Positions 1 through 15,100 of a stretch of DNA of 64,000 bases are shown here, piece after piece (position 1 is the first letter of the stretch; every line of letters begins with the position of its first letter). The position numbers were made by a program, and so were the translations under genes. This DNA comes from the human T2T-CHM13v2.0 reference genome, Homo sapiens. The notes beneath the pieces are model-generated. The model did no database searches and was not told where the DNA came from. It saw only the letters and a program-made list of their open reading frames with translations. The DNA lies in the NCBI RefSeq assembly GCF_009914755.1, contig NC_060940.1; one strand, written 5' to 3'.

Positions 1-10
1 TCGATTCCAT

Positions 11-3000
11 TCAACGATGATTTGATTCGTGTCCATTCGATGATTCCATTTGATTCCACTTGATGATGATTCCATTCGAGTCCATTTGATGATTCCATTC
101 AATTCCATACTCCGATGATTTCTTTTGAGCCCACTCAATGCTTCCACTCGATTCCATATGATGATGACTCCATTCGATGAAATTCGATGATGATTCCATT
201 CGCTTGCTTTCGATGATGATTCCACTTGAGTCCGTTAGAAGATTCTATTCAATTACATTCCATGACGATTCCGTTCGAGTCCATTTGATGATTCCATTAG
301 ACTCCATTCGACGATGATTCCATTCGATGTTATTCGATGATTCCATTCGATCTCATTCGATGATGATTCCATTCAACTCCATTCGATGTTTCCATTCGAG
401 TTCATTCTATTATTCCATTAGATTCCATTCGATGATGATTCCATTCGATTCCATTTGATGATTGCATTCTATTTCATTTGATGATGATTCCATTCGAGTC
501 CACTCGATGATTCCATTCGAGTCCATTTAATGAATCCATTGGTTTCAATTCTATGATGATTACATTGGATTCCATTCGTTGATGATTTCATTCGGTTCCA
601 TTCAATGATGATTCCATTCAATTCCTTTCAATGTTTCCATTCAATTCCATACGATGATGATTCCATTTGATTTGATTCGACAGTGAGCCATTCGATTCAA
701 TTCCATGGCGATTCTATTTGATTCAATTGGTTGACATTTCCATTCGATTCCATTCGATGATGATTCCCTTTGATTCCGTTCAAAGATGATTCCATTCTAG
801 CCCATTCAATCATTCCATTCGATTCTATTCAATGATGATTCCATTCATGTCGATTTGGTGATTCCATTTGACTTCATTTGATGATGATTCCTTTCAAGTT
901 CATTAGATGATTCCATTCGATTCCATTTGATGATGATCCCATTCGAGTCCATTCAGTGATTCCATTCGTTTCCATTCCATGATGATTCCATTCCTTTCCA
1001 TTCAATGATTCCATTCGATTCCGTTTGATGATGATTTCATTCGAGTCCATTTGATGATTCCATTTGATTCCATTCGATGATGATTCCATTCGAGTCCATT
1101 CGATGATTCTATTCGAATCCATTTGATGATTTCTTTTGATTATATTTGGTGATGATTCCATTGGAGTCCATTCAATGATTCCATTCTATTCCAATCGATG
1201 ATGATTCCATTAGAGTCCATTTAATGATTCCATTTGATTCCAGTCTCTGATGATTACATTCGAGTCCATACGATGATTCCACTCAATTCCATATGATGAT
1301 GATTCCATTTGATTCCATTCGGTGATTCCGTTCTATTCTATTCAATGGTGATTCCATTCGAGTACATTAGATGATTCCATTCGATTCCATTCAATGATGA
1401 TTCTATTTGTGTCCCTTAGATGATTCCGCATGATTCCATTAGATGATGATACTATTTGAGCCCATCCAATGATTCCCTTCGATTCCATTCGATGAGGATT
1501 CCATTCGATTCAATTCATTGGTGATTCTATTCAATTCAATTCTTTGATTCCATTCCATTCCATTCGACAATGATTCCATTCGATTTCTTTCGATGATTCC
1601 ACTCGATTCCACTTGACATTGATTCCATTCGATTCCATTCAATGATTCCATTTGATTCCAGTGGATGATGATTGCCATCGATTCCATTCGATCACTCCAT
1701 TCTATTCCATTTGATGATGATTACATTCGATTCCATTTGATGATTCCATCTGATTCTATTCGAGGATTCCATTTGATTCCATTCGATGATGATTCCATTC
1801 GAGTCCATTCGATGATTTCATTCGAGTACATCCAATGATTCCATTCGAGTCCATTAGATGATTCCATTTGATTCCATTTGAAAATGATTCTACTAGAGTC
1901 CATTCAATGACTCCATTCGAGTCCATTCAACAATTCCATTCGACTCCATTCGATGATTCCATTCGATTCCATTTGATGGATCCATTCGAGTCCATTTAAT
2001 CATTACAGTCGAGTCCATTTGGTGATTCCACTGGATTTCTTTTGATAATGATACCATTCAATTACATTTGATGATGATCCCATTCAATTTCATTTGATGA
2101 TGATTCCATTAGAGTCCATTCGATGATTTCATTCGAGTCCCTTCATTGATTCCATCCGATTTCATTGGATGATGACTCCATTCGAGTCCATTCGATGATT
2201 CCACTCGATTCCATTAGATGACTCCATTGGAGTCCATTTGATTGTTCCATTCGATTCCATTCGATTCCTTTCGAAGATTATTCCATTTGAGTCCATTCGA
2301 TGATGATTCCATTCCATTCCATTCGATGATTCCGTTTGATTCCATTCGATGATTCCCTTCGATTCCTTTCTTTGATGATTCCATTCCATTCCATTCAATG
2401 ATTCCATTCGAATCTATTCCATGATGATTCCTTTCGATTCCATTCGCTGATGTTTCCGTTCAATTCCATTCGATGATGATTCCATTCGATTCCATTCATT
2501 GAGGATTCCATTTGATTCCATTCAATGATGATTCCATTCTATTCCATTCAATGATTGCATTCAATTCCATTCAATGATTATCCCCTTAGAGTAAACTCAA
2601 CGATTCCATTCAATACCATTCGATGATGATTCCTTTTGAGTCCATTCAATGATTTCATTCAAGTCCATTTGATGATTCCTTTCAATTCCATTCTATGATG
2701 ATTCCATTCGAGTCCATTCGATGATTCCATTCGATTGCATTCGATGATTCCATTATATTCCATTCAACAGTGATTCCATTCGAGTCAATTCCATGATTCC
2801 ATTAGAGTACATTTAATGATTGCTTTGTTTTCAATTCGAAGATGATTACATTGGATTCCATTCTATGATACCATTCGATTCCATTCAATGATGATTCCAC
2901 TCAAATCCATTGGATGATTCCATTCGTGTCCATTCGGTGATTTCATTAGATTCCATTCGAGGATGATTCCATTCGATTCCATTCGATGATTCCATTCAAT

Positions 3001-6000
3001 TCCATTCGATGATGATTCCATTCCAGTCCATATGATCATTCCATTTGATTTCATTCGATGATGATTCCATTCGATTCGATTCGACGATTCCATTCTATTC
3101 CATTCGATGATGATTCCATTCGAGTCCATTCGATGATTCCATTCGAGTCCATTTAATGATTCCATTGGGTTCAATTCAATGATGATTACATTGGATTCCG
3201 TTCTATGATTCCATTCAATTCCGTTCATTGACAATTTGATTCCATTCGATGATGATTCCATTTGAGTTCATTCGATGATTCTATTCGATTCTCTTCGATG
3301 TTGATTCAATTCTATTATATTGGATGATTCCATTCGATTCCATTTGATGTTGATTCAATTCGATTCTATTCGATGATGATTCCATTGGATTTCACTTGAT
3401 GATTCTATTCGATTCCATTCAATGATGATTCACTTCTCGTCCATTGGATGATTCCATTTCATTCCATTCGATGATGATTCCATTCGATTCCATTCGATGA
3501 TTCCATTTGATTCCATGCGACGGTGAGCAATTCGATTCAATTCCATGATGATTCTATTTGATTCAATTAGATGATGTTTCCATTCGAATCCATTCCATGA
3601 TTATTCCATTGGAATCCATTCGGCGATGATTCCATAAGAGTCAATTCAATCATGATTCCATATGGGTCCGTTCGATGATAATTCCATTTGATTTCATTCG
3701 ATGCTTCTATTCTATTCCAGTCGATGATGATTCCGTTGGAGTCCATACGATGATTCCATTTGATTTCATTTGATGATGATTCCATTCGATGATGATTACA
3801 TTGGATTCCATTCTATGATTCCATTCAATTCCATTCGTTGATGATTCGATTCCATTCAATGATGATTCCATTTGAGTTCATTCGATGATTCTATTCGATT
3901 CCGTTCGATGGTGATTCAATTCTATTATATTGGATGATTCCACTCGATTCCATTTGATGATTATTCCATTGGAGTCCACTTAGTGAATCCTTTAGATTCT
4001 ACTCGACGATGATTCCATTCGAGTCCATTCGATGATACCATTCAATTCCATTCGTTGATGCTTCCATTCAAGTGCATTCGATGATATCATTCGATTCCAT
4101 TTGATGATAATTCCATTTGATTCCATGCGATGATTCTATTCGATTCCATTCAATGATAATTCCATTCAATTCAGTGATTCCTCTGGACTCCATTTGATGA
4201 TGATTCCATTCAATGATTCCATTCGATTCTATTCGAAAATGATTCCATTTGAATCCATTTGATGATGATTCCATTAGATTCCATTTGATGATTCCATTCG
4301 ATTCCATTCGACGATGATTCCATTCGATTCCGTTTGATGATTCCATTCTATTCTATTCGATGATGATTCCATTCGATTCCATTCGATGATGATTGGATTC
4401 GATTCCATTTGATGATTTCATTTGATTCCATTCGTTAATGATTTCGATCAATTCCATTCGATGATTCCATTCGATTCCATTCGATAATGATTACATCCGA
4501 GTCCATTCGATGATTCCCTTTGAGCCTGTTCGATAATTCCATTTGAGTCCAACCAATGATTCCATTCATTTCCATTCAATGATTCCATTCGAGTCCATTT
4601 GATCATTCCGGTAGGGTCCATTCGATGTTGATTCCATTGGAGTGCATTCGATGATTCCATTCGAGTCCATTTTAGGATTTGATTCGAGTCCTTTCGATGA
4701 TTCCATTCGATTCCACTCGATGATGATTTCATTCGAGTCCATTCGACACTTCCAATCGATTCCATTTGATGATTCCATTCGAGTCCAATTGATGATTCCA
4801 TTCAATTCCATTCGATGATGATTCCGTACGATTCCATTCTGTGATGATTCCATGTGATTGCATTCAATGATGATTCCTTTCGATTGCATTCGATTATGAT
4901 TCATTTCGTGTTCATTCTATGGTTCCACAGGTTTCCATTCGTGTCCATTCCATTATTCCATTCTATTCCATTTGATGATGATTCCATTCGATTCCATTCA
5001 TTGGTGATTCCACTCAATTCCATTCAATGATTCCATTCCATTTCTTTCAACAATGATTCCATTAGTTTCTAATCGATGATCCACTTGATTCCATTTGACG
5101 ACGATTCCATTCTTGTCCATTCGATGATTCCATTTGATTCCATATGATGATGATTCCATTCGATTCCATACCATGATGATTCCATTCGAGTCCATTCAAT
5201 GGTGATTCCATTCAATTCCATTCGATGATTCCTTTTGATTCCATTCGATGATGATGGCATTCGATTCCTTTCAATCATTCCCTTTGATTCCATTCAAAGG
5301 TGATTTCATTCAAGTCCATTCGATAATTGCATTCGATTCCATTCTATGATGATTCCATTCGAGTCCATTTGATGATTCCATTCAATTCAAGTCAATGATG
5401 ATTCCATTCGATTCCATTCGATGATTCCATTGGATTCCATTCGATGATGATTCCATTCAAATCCATTCGATAATTCAATTCAAGTCCATTCGATGATGAT
5501 TCCAATCGAATCCATTCAAAGATTCCATTCAGTTCCATTCGATGATTCCCTTAGATTCCATTCGATGATTCCACTTGATTGCATTTACGATGATTCCATT
5601 CGATTCCATGTGATGATTCCATTCAATTCTATTCAATGATGTCTCCATTTGATTCCATTCGACCATGATTGCCTTTGATTCCATTCAATGATTCCATTCG
5701 GTTCCGTTTGATGATGATTCCGTTCGATTCCATTTGATGATTCCATTTGATTCCATTGGATGAGTCCATTCGATTACATTCGATGATTATTCCATTCGAG
5801 TGCATTAGATGATTCCATTCGAGTCCATTCGATGATTCCATTCGATTCCATTCGATGTTGATTCTGTTCAAATCCATTCGATGATTCCACTCGATTCCAT
5901 TCGTTGACTCCATTTGATCCCATTCGATGATTTCCTTTGATTCCCTTTGATGATCATTCCATTTGATTCAATTCGGTGATTTCATTTGATTCCATTCAGT

Positions 6001-6122
6001 GATGTTTCCATTCGACTCCATTCGATGATGATTCCATTCGACTCCATTCGATTATGATTTCATTCAATTCCATTCGATAATGATTCCCTTCGAGTCCATT
6101 CGATGATTCCATTCGATTCCAT
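11..6122 (+). repeat. 6.1 kb unit copy U1, full length 6,112 bp (phase set arbitrarily at 'tcaacgatgatttgattcgtgtcc')
   Basis: Landmark at 11 recurs at 6123. Contains all unit landmarks: gacagtgagcc ~679, ctactagag ~1890, gagtaaactc ~2589, ggtagggtcc ~4610, ggttccacagg ~4921. Confidence 0.93.
3181..3960 (+). repeat. Internal ~170 bp diverged direct repeat inside the unit (3181-3350 and 3791-3960, offset 610 bp)
   Basis: 'gatgattacattggattcc.ttctatgattccattcaattcc...ccatttgagttcattcgatgattctattcgatt...gattcaattctattatattggatgattcca' occurs at both sites; tctattatattgg is at 3311 and 3921. Confidence 0.85.
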
Positions 6123-9100
6123 TCAACGATGATTTGATTCGTGTCCATTCGATGATTCCATTTGATTCCACTTGATGATGATTCCATTCGAGTCCATTTG
6201 ATGATTCCATTCAATTCCATACTCCGATGATTTCTTTTGAGCCCACTCAATGCTTCCACTCGATTCCATATGATGATGACTCCATTCGATGAAATTCGAT
6301 GATGATTCCATTCGCTTGCTTTCGATGATGATTCCACTTGAGTCCGTTAGAAGATTCTATTCAATTACATTCCATGACGATTCCGTTCGAGTCCATTTGA
6401 TGATTCCATTAGACTCCATTCGACGATGATTCCATTCGATCTCATTCGATGATGATTCCATTCAACTCCATTCGATGTTTCCATTCGAGTTCATTCTATT
6501 ATTCCATTAGATTCCATTCGATGATGATTCCATTCGATTCCATTTGATGATTGCATTCTATTTCATTTGATGATGATTCCATTCGAGTCCACTCGATGAT
6601 TCCATTCGAGTCCATTTAATGAATCCATTGGTTTCAATTCTATGATGATTACATTGGATTCCATTCGTTGATGATTTCATTCGGTTCCATTCAATGATGA
6701 TTCCATTCAATTCCTTTCAATGTTTCCATTCAATTCCATACGATGATGATTCCATTTGATTTGATTCGACAGTGAGCCATTCGATTCAATTCCATGACGA
6801 TTCTATTTGATTCAATTGGTTGACATTTCCATTCGATTCCATTCGATGATGATTCCCTTTGATTCCGTTCAAAGATGATTCCATTCTAGCCCATTCAATC
6901 ATTCCATTCGATTCTATTCAATGATGATTCCATTCATGTCGATTTGGTGATTCCATTTGACTTCATTTGATGATGATTCCTTTCAAGTTCATTAGATGAT
7001 TCCATTCGATTCCATTTGATGATGATCCCATTCGAGTCCATTCAGTGATTCCATTCGTTTCCATTCCATGATGATTCCATTCCTTTCCATTCAATGATTC
7101 CATTCGATTCCGTTTGATGATGATTTCATTCGAGTCCATTTGATGATTCCATTTGATTCCATTCGATGATGATTCCATTCGAGTCCATTCGATGATTCTA
7201 TTCGAATCCATTTGATGATTTCTTTTGATTATATTTGGTGATGATTCCATTGGAGTCCATTCAATGATTCCATTCTATTCCAATCGATGATGATTCCATT
7301 AGAGTCCATTTAATGATTCCATTTGATTCCAGTCTCTGATGATTACATTCGAGTCCATACGATGATTCCACTCAATTCCATATGATGATGATTCCATTTG
7401 ATTCCATTCGGTGATTCCATTCTATTCTATTCAATGGTGATTCCATTCGAGTACATTAGATGATTCCATTCGATTCCATTCAATGATGATTCTATTTGTG
7501 TCCCTTAGATGATTCCACATGATTCCATTAGATGATGATACTATTTGAGCCCATCCAATGATTCCCTTCGATTCCATTCGATGAGGATTCCATTCGATTC
7601 AATTCATTGGTGATTCTATTCAATTCAATTCTTTGATTCCATTCCATTCCATTCGACAATGATTCCATTCGATTTCTTTCGATGATTCCACTCGATTCCA
7701 CTTGACATTGATTCCATTCGATTCCATTCAATGATTCCATTTGATTCCAGTGGATGATGATTGCCATCGATTCCATTCGATCACTCCATTCTATTCCATT
7801 TGATGATGATTACATTCGATTCCATTTGATGATTCCATCTGATTCTATTCGAGGATTCCATTTGATTCCATTCGATGATGATTCCATTCGAGTCCATTCG
7901 ATGATTTCATTCGAGTACATCCAATGATTCCATTCGAGTCCATTAGATGATTCCATTTGATTCCATTTGAAAATGATTCTACTAGAGTCCATTCAATGAC
8001 TCCATTCGAGTCCATTCAACAATTCCATTCGACTCCATTCGATGATTCCATTCGATTCCATTTGATGGTTCCATTCGAGTCCATTTAATCATTACAGTCG
8101 AGTCCATTTGGTGATTCCACTGGATTTCTTTTGATAATGATACCATTCAATTACATTTGATGATGATCCCATTCAATTTCATTTGATGATGATTCCATTA
8201 GAGTCCATTCGATGATTTCATTCGAGTCCCTTCATTGATTCCATCCGATTTCATTGGATGATGACTCCATTCGAGTCCATTCGATGATTCCACTCGATTC
8301 CATTAGATGACTCCATTGGAGTCCATTTGATTGTTCCATTCGATTCCATTCGATTCCTTTCGAAGATTATTCCATTTGAGTCCATTCGATGATGATTCCA
8401 TTCCATTCCATTCGATGATTCCGTTTGATTCCATTCGATGATTCCCTTCGATTCCTTTCTTTGATGATTCCATTCCATTCCATTCAATGATTCCATTCGA
8501 ATCTATTCCATGATGATTCCTTTCGATTCCATTCGCTGATGTTTCCGTTCAATTCCATTCGATGATGATTCCATTCGATTCCATTCATTGAGGATTCCAT
8601 TTGATTCCATTCAATGATGATTCCATTCTATTCCATTCAATGATTGCATTCAATTCCATTCAATGATTATCCCCTTAGAGTAAACTCAACGATTCCATTC
8701 AATACCATTCGATGATGATTCCTTTTGAGTCCATTCAATGATTTCATTCAAGTCCATTTGATGATTCCTTTCAATTCCATTCTATGATGATTCCATTCGA
8801 GTCCATTCGATGATTCCATTCGATTGCATTCGATGATTCCATTATATTCCATTCAACAGTGATTCCATTCGAGTCAATTCCAAGATTCCATTAGAGTACA
8901 TTTAATGATTGCTTTGTTTTCAATTCGAAGATGATTACATTGGATTCCATTCTATGATACCATTCGATTCCATTCAATGATGATTCCACTCAAATCCATT
9001 GGATGATTCCATTCGTGTCCATTCGGTGATTTCATTACATTCCATTCGAGGATGATTCCATTCGATTCCATTCGATGATTCCATTCAATTCCATTCGATG

Positions 9101-12100
9101 ATGATTCCATTCCAGTCCATATGATCATTCCATTTGATTACATTCGATGATGATTCCATTCGTTTCGATTCGACGATTCCATTCTATTCCATTCGATGAT
9201 GATTCCATTCGAGTCCATTCGATGATTCCATTCGAGTCCATTTAATGATTCCATTGGGTTCAATTCAATGATGATTACATTGGATTCCGTTCTATGATTC
9301 CATTCAATTCCGTTCATTGACAATTTGATTCCATTCGATGATGATTCCATTTGAGTTCATTCGATGATTCTATTCGATTCTCTTCGATGGTGATTCAATT
9401 CTATTATATTGGATGATTCCATTCGATTCCATTTGATGTTGATTCAATTCGATTCTATTCGATGATGATTCCATTGGATTTCACTTGATGATTCTATTCG
9501 ATTCCATTCAATGATGATTCACTTCTCGTCCATTGGATGATTCCATTTCATTCCATTCGATGATGATTCCATTCGATTCCATTCGATGATTCCATTTGAT
9601 TCCATGCGACGGTGAGCAATTCGATTCAATTCCATGATGATTCTATTTGATTCAATTAGATGATGTTTCCATTCGAATCCATTCCATGATTATTCCATTG
9701 GAATCCATTCGGCGATGATTCCATATGAGTCAATTCAATGATGATTCCATATGGGTCCGTTCGATGATAATTCCATTTGATTTCATTCGATGCTTCTATT
9801 CTATTCCAGTCGATGATGATTCCGTTGGAGTCCATACGATGATTCCATTTGATTTCATTTGATGATGATTCCATTCGATGATGATTACATTGGATTCCAT
9901 TCTATGATTCCATTCAATTCCATTCGTTGATGATTCGATTCCATTCAATGATGATTCCATTTGAGTTCATTCGATGATTCTATTCGATTCCGTTCGATGG
10001 TGATTCAATTCTATTATATTGGATGATTCCACTCGATTCCATTTGATGATTATTCCATTGGAGTCCACTTAGTGAATCCTTTAGATTCTACTCGACGATG
10101 ATTCCATTCGAGTCCATTCGATGATACCATTCAATTCCATTCGTTGATGCTTCCATTCAAGTGCATTCGATGATATCATTCGATTCCATTTGATGATAAT
10201 TCCATTTGATTCCATGCGATGATTCTATTCGATTCCATTCAATGATAATTCCATTCAATTCAGTGATTCCTCTGGACTCCATTTGATGATGATTCCATTC
10301 AATGATTCCATTCGATTCTATTCGAAAATGATTCCATTTGAATCCATTTGATGATGATTCCATTAGATTCCATTTGATGATTCCATTCGATTCAATTCGA
10401 CGATGATTCCATTCGATTCCGTTTGATGATTCCATTCTATTCTATTCGATGATGATTCCATTCGATTCCATTCGATGATGATTGGATTCGATTCCATTGG
10501 ATGATTTCATTTGATTCCATTCGTTAATGATTTCGATCAATTCCATTCGATGATTCCATTCGATTCCATTCGATAATGATTACATCCGAGTCCATTCGAT
10601 GATTCCCTTTGAGCCTGTTCGATAATTCCATTTGAGTCCAACCAATGATTCCATTCATTTCCATTCAATGATTCCATTCGAGTCCATTTGATCATTCCGG
10701 TAGGGTCCATTCGATGTTGATTCCATTGGAGTGCATTCGATGATTCCATTCGAGTCCATTTTACGATTTGATTCGAGTCCTTTCGATGATTCCATTCGAT
10801 TCCACTCGATGATGATTTCATTCGAGTCCATTCGACACTTCCAATCGATTCCATTTGATGATTCCATTCGATTCCAATTGATGATTCCATTCAATTCCAT
10901 TCGATGATGATTCCGTACGATTCCATTCTGTGATGATTCCATGTGATTGCATTCAATGATGATTCCTTTCGATTGCATTCGATTATGATTCATTTCGTGT
11001 TCATTCTATGGTTCCACAGGTTTCCATTCGTGTCCATTCCATTATTCCATTCTATTCCATTTGATGATGATTCCATTCGATTCCATTCATTGGTGATTCC
11101 ACTCAATTCCATTCAATGATTCCATTCCATTTCTTTCAACAATGATTCCATTAGTTTCTAATCGATGATCCACTTGATTCCATTTGACGACGATTCCATT
11201 CTTGTCCATTCGATGATTCCATTTGATTCCATATGATGATGATTCCATTCGATTCCATACCATGATGATTCCATTCGAGTCCATTCAATGGTGATTCCAT
11301 TCAATTCCATTCGATGATTCCTTTTGATTCCATTCGATGATGATGGCATTCGATTCCTTTCAATCATTCCCTTTGATTCCATTCAAAGGTGATTTCATTC
11401 AAGTCCATTCGATAATTGCATTCGATTCCATTCTATGATGATTCCATTCGAGTCCATTTGATGATTCCATTCAATTCAAGTCAATGATGATTCCATTCGA
11501 TTCCATTCGATGATTCCATTGGATTCCATTCGATGATGATTCCATTCAAATCCATTCGATAATTCAATTCAAGTCCATTCGATGATGATTCCAATCGAAT
11601 CCATTCAAAGATTCCATTCAGTTCCATTCGATGATTCCCTTAGATTCCATTCGATGATTCCACTTGATTGCATTTACGATGATTCCATTCGATTCCATGT
11701 GATGATTCCATTCAATTCTATTCAATGATGTCTCCATTTGATTCCATTCGACCATGATTGCCTTTGATTCCATTCAATGATTCCATTCGGTTCCGTTTGA
11801 TGATGATTCCGTTCGATTCCATTTGATGATTCCATTTGATTCCATTGGATGAGTCCATTCGATTACATTCGATGATTATTCCATTCGAGTGCATTAGATG
11901 ATTCCATTCGAGTCCATTCGATGATTCCACTCGATTCCATTCGTTGACTCCATTTGATCCCATTCGATGATTTCCTTTGATTCCCTTTGATGATCATTCC
12001 ATTTGATTCAATTCGGTGATTTCATTTGATTCCATTCAGTGATGTTTCCATTCGACTCCATTCGATGATGATTCCATTCGACTCCATTCGATTATGATTT

Positions 12101-12162
12101 CATTCAATTCCATTCGATAATGATTCCCTTCGAGTCCATTCGATGATTCCATTCGATTCCAT
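6123..12162 (+). repeat. Unit U2, 6,040 bp (23 bp deletion ~6440; 49 bp deletion ~11925)
   Basis: ORF offsets to U1 step 6112 -> 6089 -> 6040. 'gttattcgatgattccattcgat' is missing at ~6440 and the 'gatgttgattctgttcaaatcc' segment is missing at ~11925. Confidence 0.9.
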
Positions 12163-15100
12163 TCAACGATGATTTGATTCGTGTCCATTCGATGATTCCA
12201 TTTGATTCCACTTGATGATGATTCCATTCGAGTCCATTTGATGATTCCATTCAATTCCATACTCCGATGATTTCTTTTGAGCCCACTCAATGCTTCCACT
12301 CGATTCCATATGATGATGACTCCATTCGATGAAATTCGATGATGATTCCATTCGCTTGCTTTCGATGATGATTCCACTTGAGTCCGTTAGAAGATTCTAT
12401 TCAATTACATTCCAGGACGATTCCGTTCGAGTCCATTTGATGATTCCATTAGACTCCATTCGACGATGATTCCATTCGATGTTATTCGATGATTCCATTC
12501 GATCTCATTCGATGATGATTCCATTCAACTCCATTCGATGTTTCCATTCGAGTTCATTCTATTATTCCATTAGATTCCATTCGATGATGATTCCATTCGA
12601 TTCCATTTGATGATTGCATTCTATTTCATTTGATGATGATTCCATTCGAGTCCACTCGATGATTCCATTCGAGTCCATTTAATGAATCCATTGGTTTCAA
12701 TTCTATGATGATTACATTGGATTCCATTCGTTGATGATTTCATTCGGTTCCATTCAATGATGATTCCATTCAATTCCTTTCAATGTTTCCATTCAATTCC
12801 ATACGATGATGATTCCATTTGATTTGATTCGACAGTGAGCCATTCGATTCAATTCCATGATGATTCTATTTGATTCAATTGGTTGACATTTCCATTCGAT
12901 TCCATTCGATGATGATTCCCTTTGATTCCGTTCAAAGATGATTCCATTCTAGCCCATTCAATCATTCCATTCGATTCTATTCAATGATGATTCCATTCAT
13001 GTCGATTTGGTGATTCCATTTGACTTCATTTGATGATGATTCCTTTCAAGTTCATTAGATGATTCCATTCGATTCCATTTGATGATGATCCCATTCGAGT
13101 CCATTCAGTGATTCCATTCGTTTCCATTCCATGATGATTCCATTCCTTTCCATTCAATGATTCCATTCGATTCCGTTTGATGATGATTTCATTCGAGTCC
13201 ATTTGATGATTCCATTTGATTCCATTCGATGATGATTCCATTCGAGTCCATTCGATGATTCTATTCGAATCCATTTGATGATTTCTTTTGATTATATTTG
13301 GTGATGATTCCATTGGAGTCCATTCAATGATTCCATTCTATTCCAATCGATGATGATTCCATTAGAGTCCATTTAATGATTCCATTTGATTCCAGTCTCT
13401 GATGATTACATTCGAGTCCATACGATGATTCCACTCAATTCCATATGATGATGATTCCATTTGATTCCATTCGGTGATTCCGTTCTATTCTATTCAATGG
13501 TGATTCCATTCGAGTACATTAGATGATTCCATTCGATTCCATTCAATGATGATTCTATTTGTGTCCCTTAGATGATTCCACATGATTCCATTAGATGATG
13601 ATACTATTTGAGCCCATCCAATGATTCCCTTCGATTCCATTCGATGAGGATTCCATTCGATTCAATTCATTGGTGATTCTATTCAATTCAATTCTTTGAT
13701 TCCATTCCATTCCATTCGACAATGATTCCATTCGATTTCTTTCGATGATTCCACTCGATTCCACTTGACATTGATTCCATTCGATTCCATTCAATGATTC
13801 CATTTGATTCCAGTGGATGATGATTGCCATCGATTCCATTCGATCACTCCATTCTATTCCATTTGATGATGATTACATTCGATTCCATTTGATGATTCCA
13901 TCTGATTCTATTCGAGGATTCCATTTGATTCCATTCGATGATGATTCCATTCGAGTCCATTCGATGATTTCATTCGAGTACATCCAATGATTCCATTCGA
14001 GTCCATTAGATGATTCCATTTGATTCCATTTGAAAATGATTCTACTAGAGTCCATTCAATGACTCCATTCGAGTCCATTCAACAATTCCATTCGACTCCA
14101 TTCGATGATTCCATTCGATTCCATTTGATGGTTCCATTCGAGTCCATTTGGTGATTCCACCGGATTTCTTTTGATAATGATATCATTCAATTACATTTGA
14201 TGATGATCCCATTCAATTTCATTTGATGATGACTCCATTAGAGTCCATTCGATGATTTCATTCGAGTCCCTTCATTGATTCCATCCGATTTCATTGGATG
14301 ATGACTCCATTCGAGTCCATTCGATGATTCCACTCGATTCCATTAGATGATTCCATTGGAGTCCATTTGATTGTTCCATTCGATTCCATTCGATTCCTTT
14401 CGAAGATTATTCCATTTGAGTCCATTCGATGATGATTCCATTCCATTCCATTCGATGATTCCGTTTGATTCCATTCGATGATTCCCTTTGATTCCTTTCT
14501 TTGATGATTCCATTCCATTCCATTCAATGATTCCATTCGAATCTATTCCATGATGATTCCTTTCGATTCCATTCGCTGATGTTTCCGTTCAATTCCATTC
14601 GGTGATGATTCCATTCGATTCCATTCATTGAGGATTCCATTTGATTCCATTCAATGATGATTCCATTCTATTCCATTCAATGATTGCATTCAATTCCATT
14701 CAATGATTATCCCCTTAGAGTAAACTCAACGATTCCATTCAATACCATTCGATGATGATTCCTTTTGAGTCCATTCAATGATTTCATTCAAGTCCATTTG
14801 ATGATTCCTTTCAATTCCATTCTATGATGATTCCATTCGAGTCCATTCGATGATTCCATTCGATTGCATTCGATTATTCCATTATATTCCAGTCAATGAT
14901 GATTCCATTCGAGTCCATTCGATGATTCCATTAGAGTACATTTAATGATTGCTTTGTTTTCAATTCGAAGATGATTACATTGGATTCCATTCTATGATAC
15001 CATTCGATTCCATTCAATGATGATTCCACTCAAATCCATTGGATGATTCCATTCGTGTCCATTCGGTGATTTCATTAGATTCCATTCGAGGATGATTCCA

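Noticed and set aside
1978-1983. BamHI site (ggatcc) unique to U1
   Set aside because: It is a single substitution of ggttcc in one copy; a marker only, with no functional implication.
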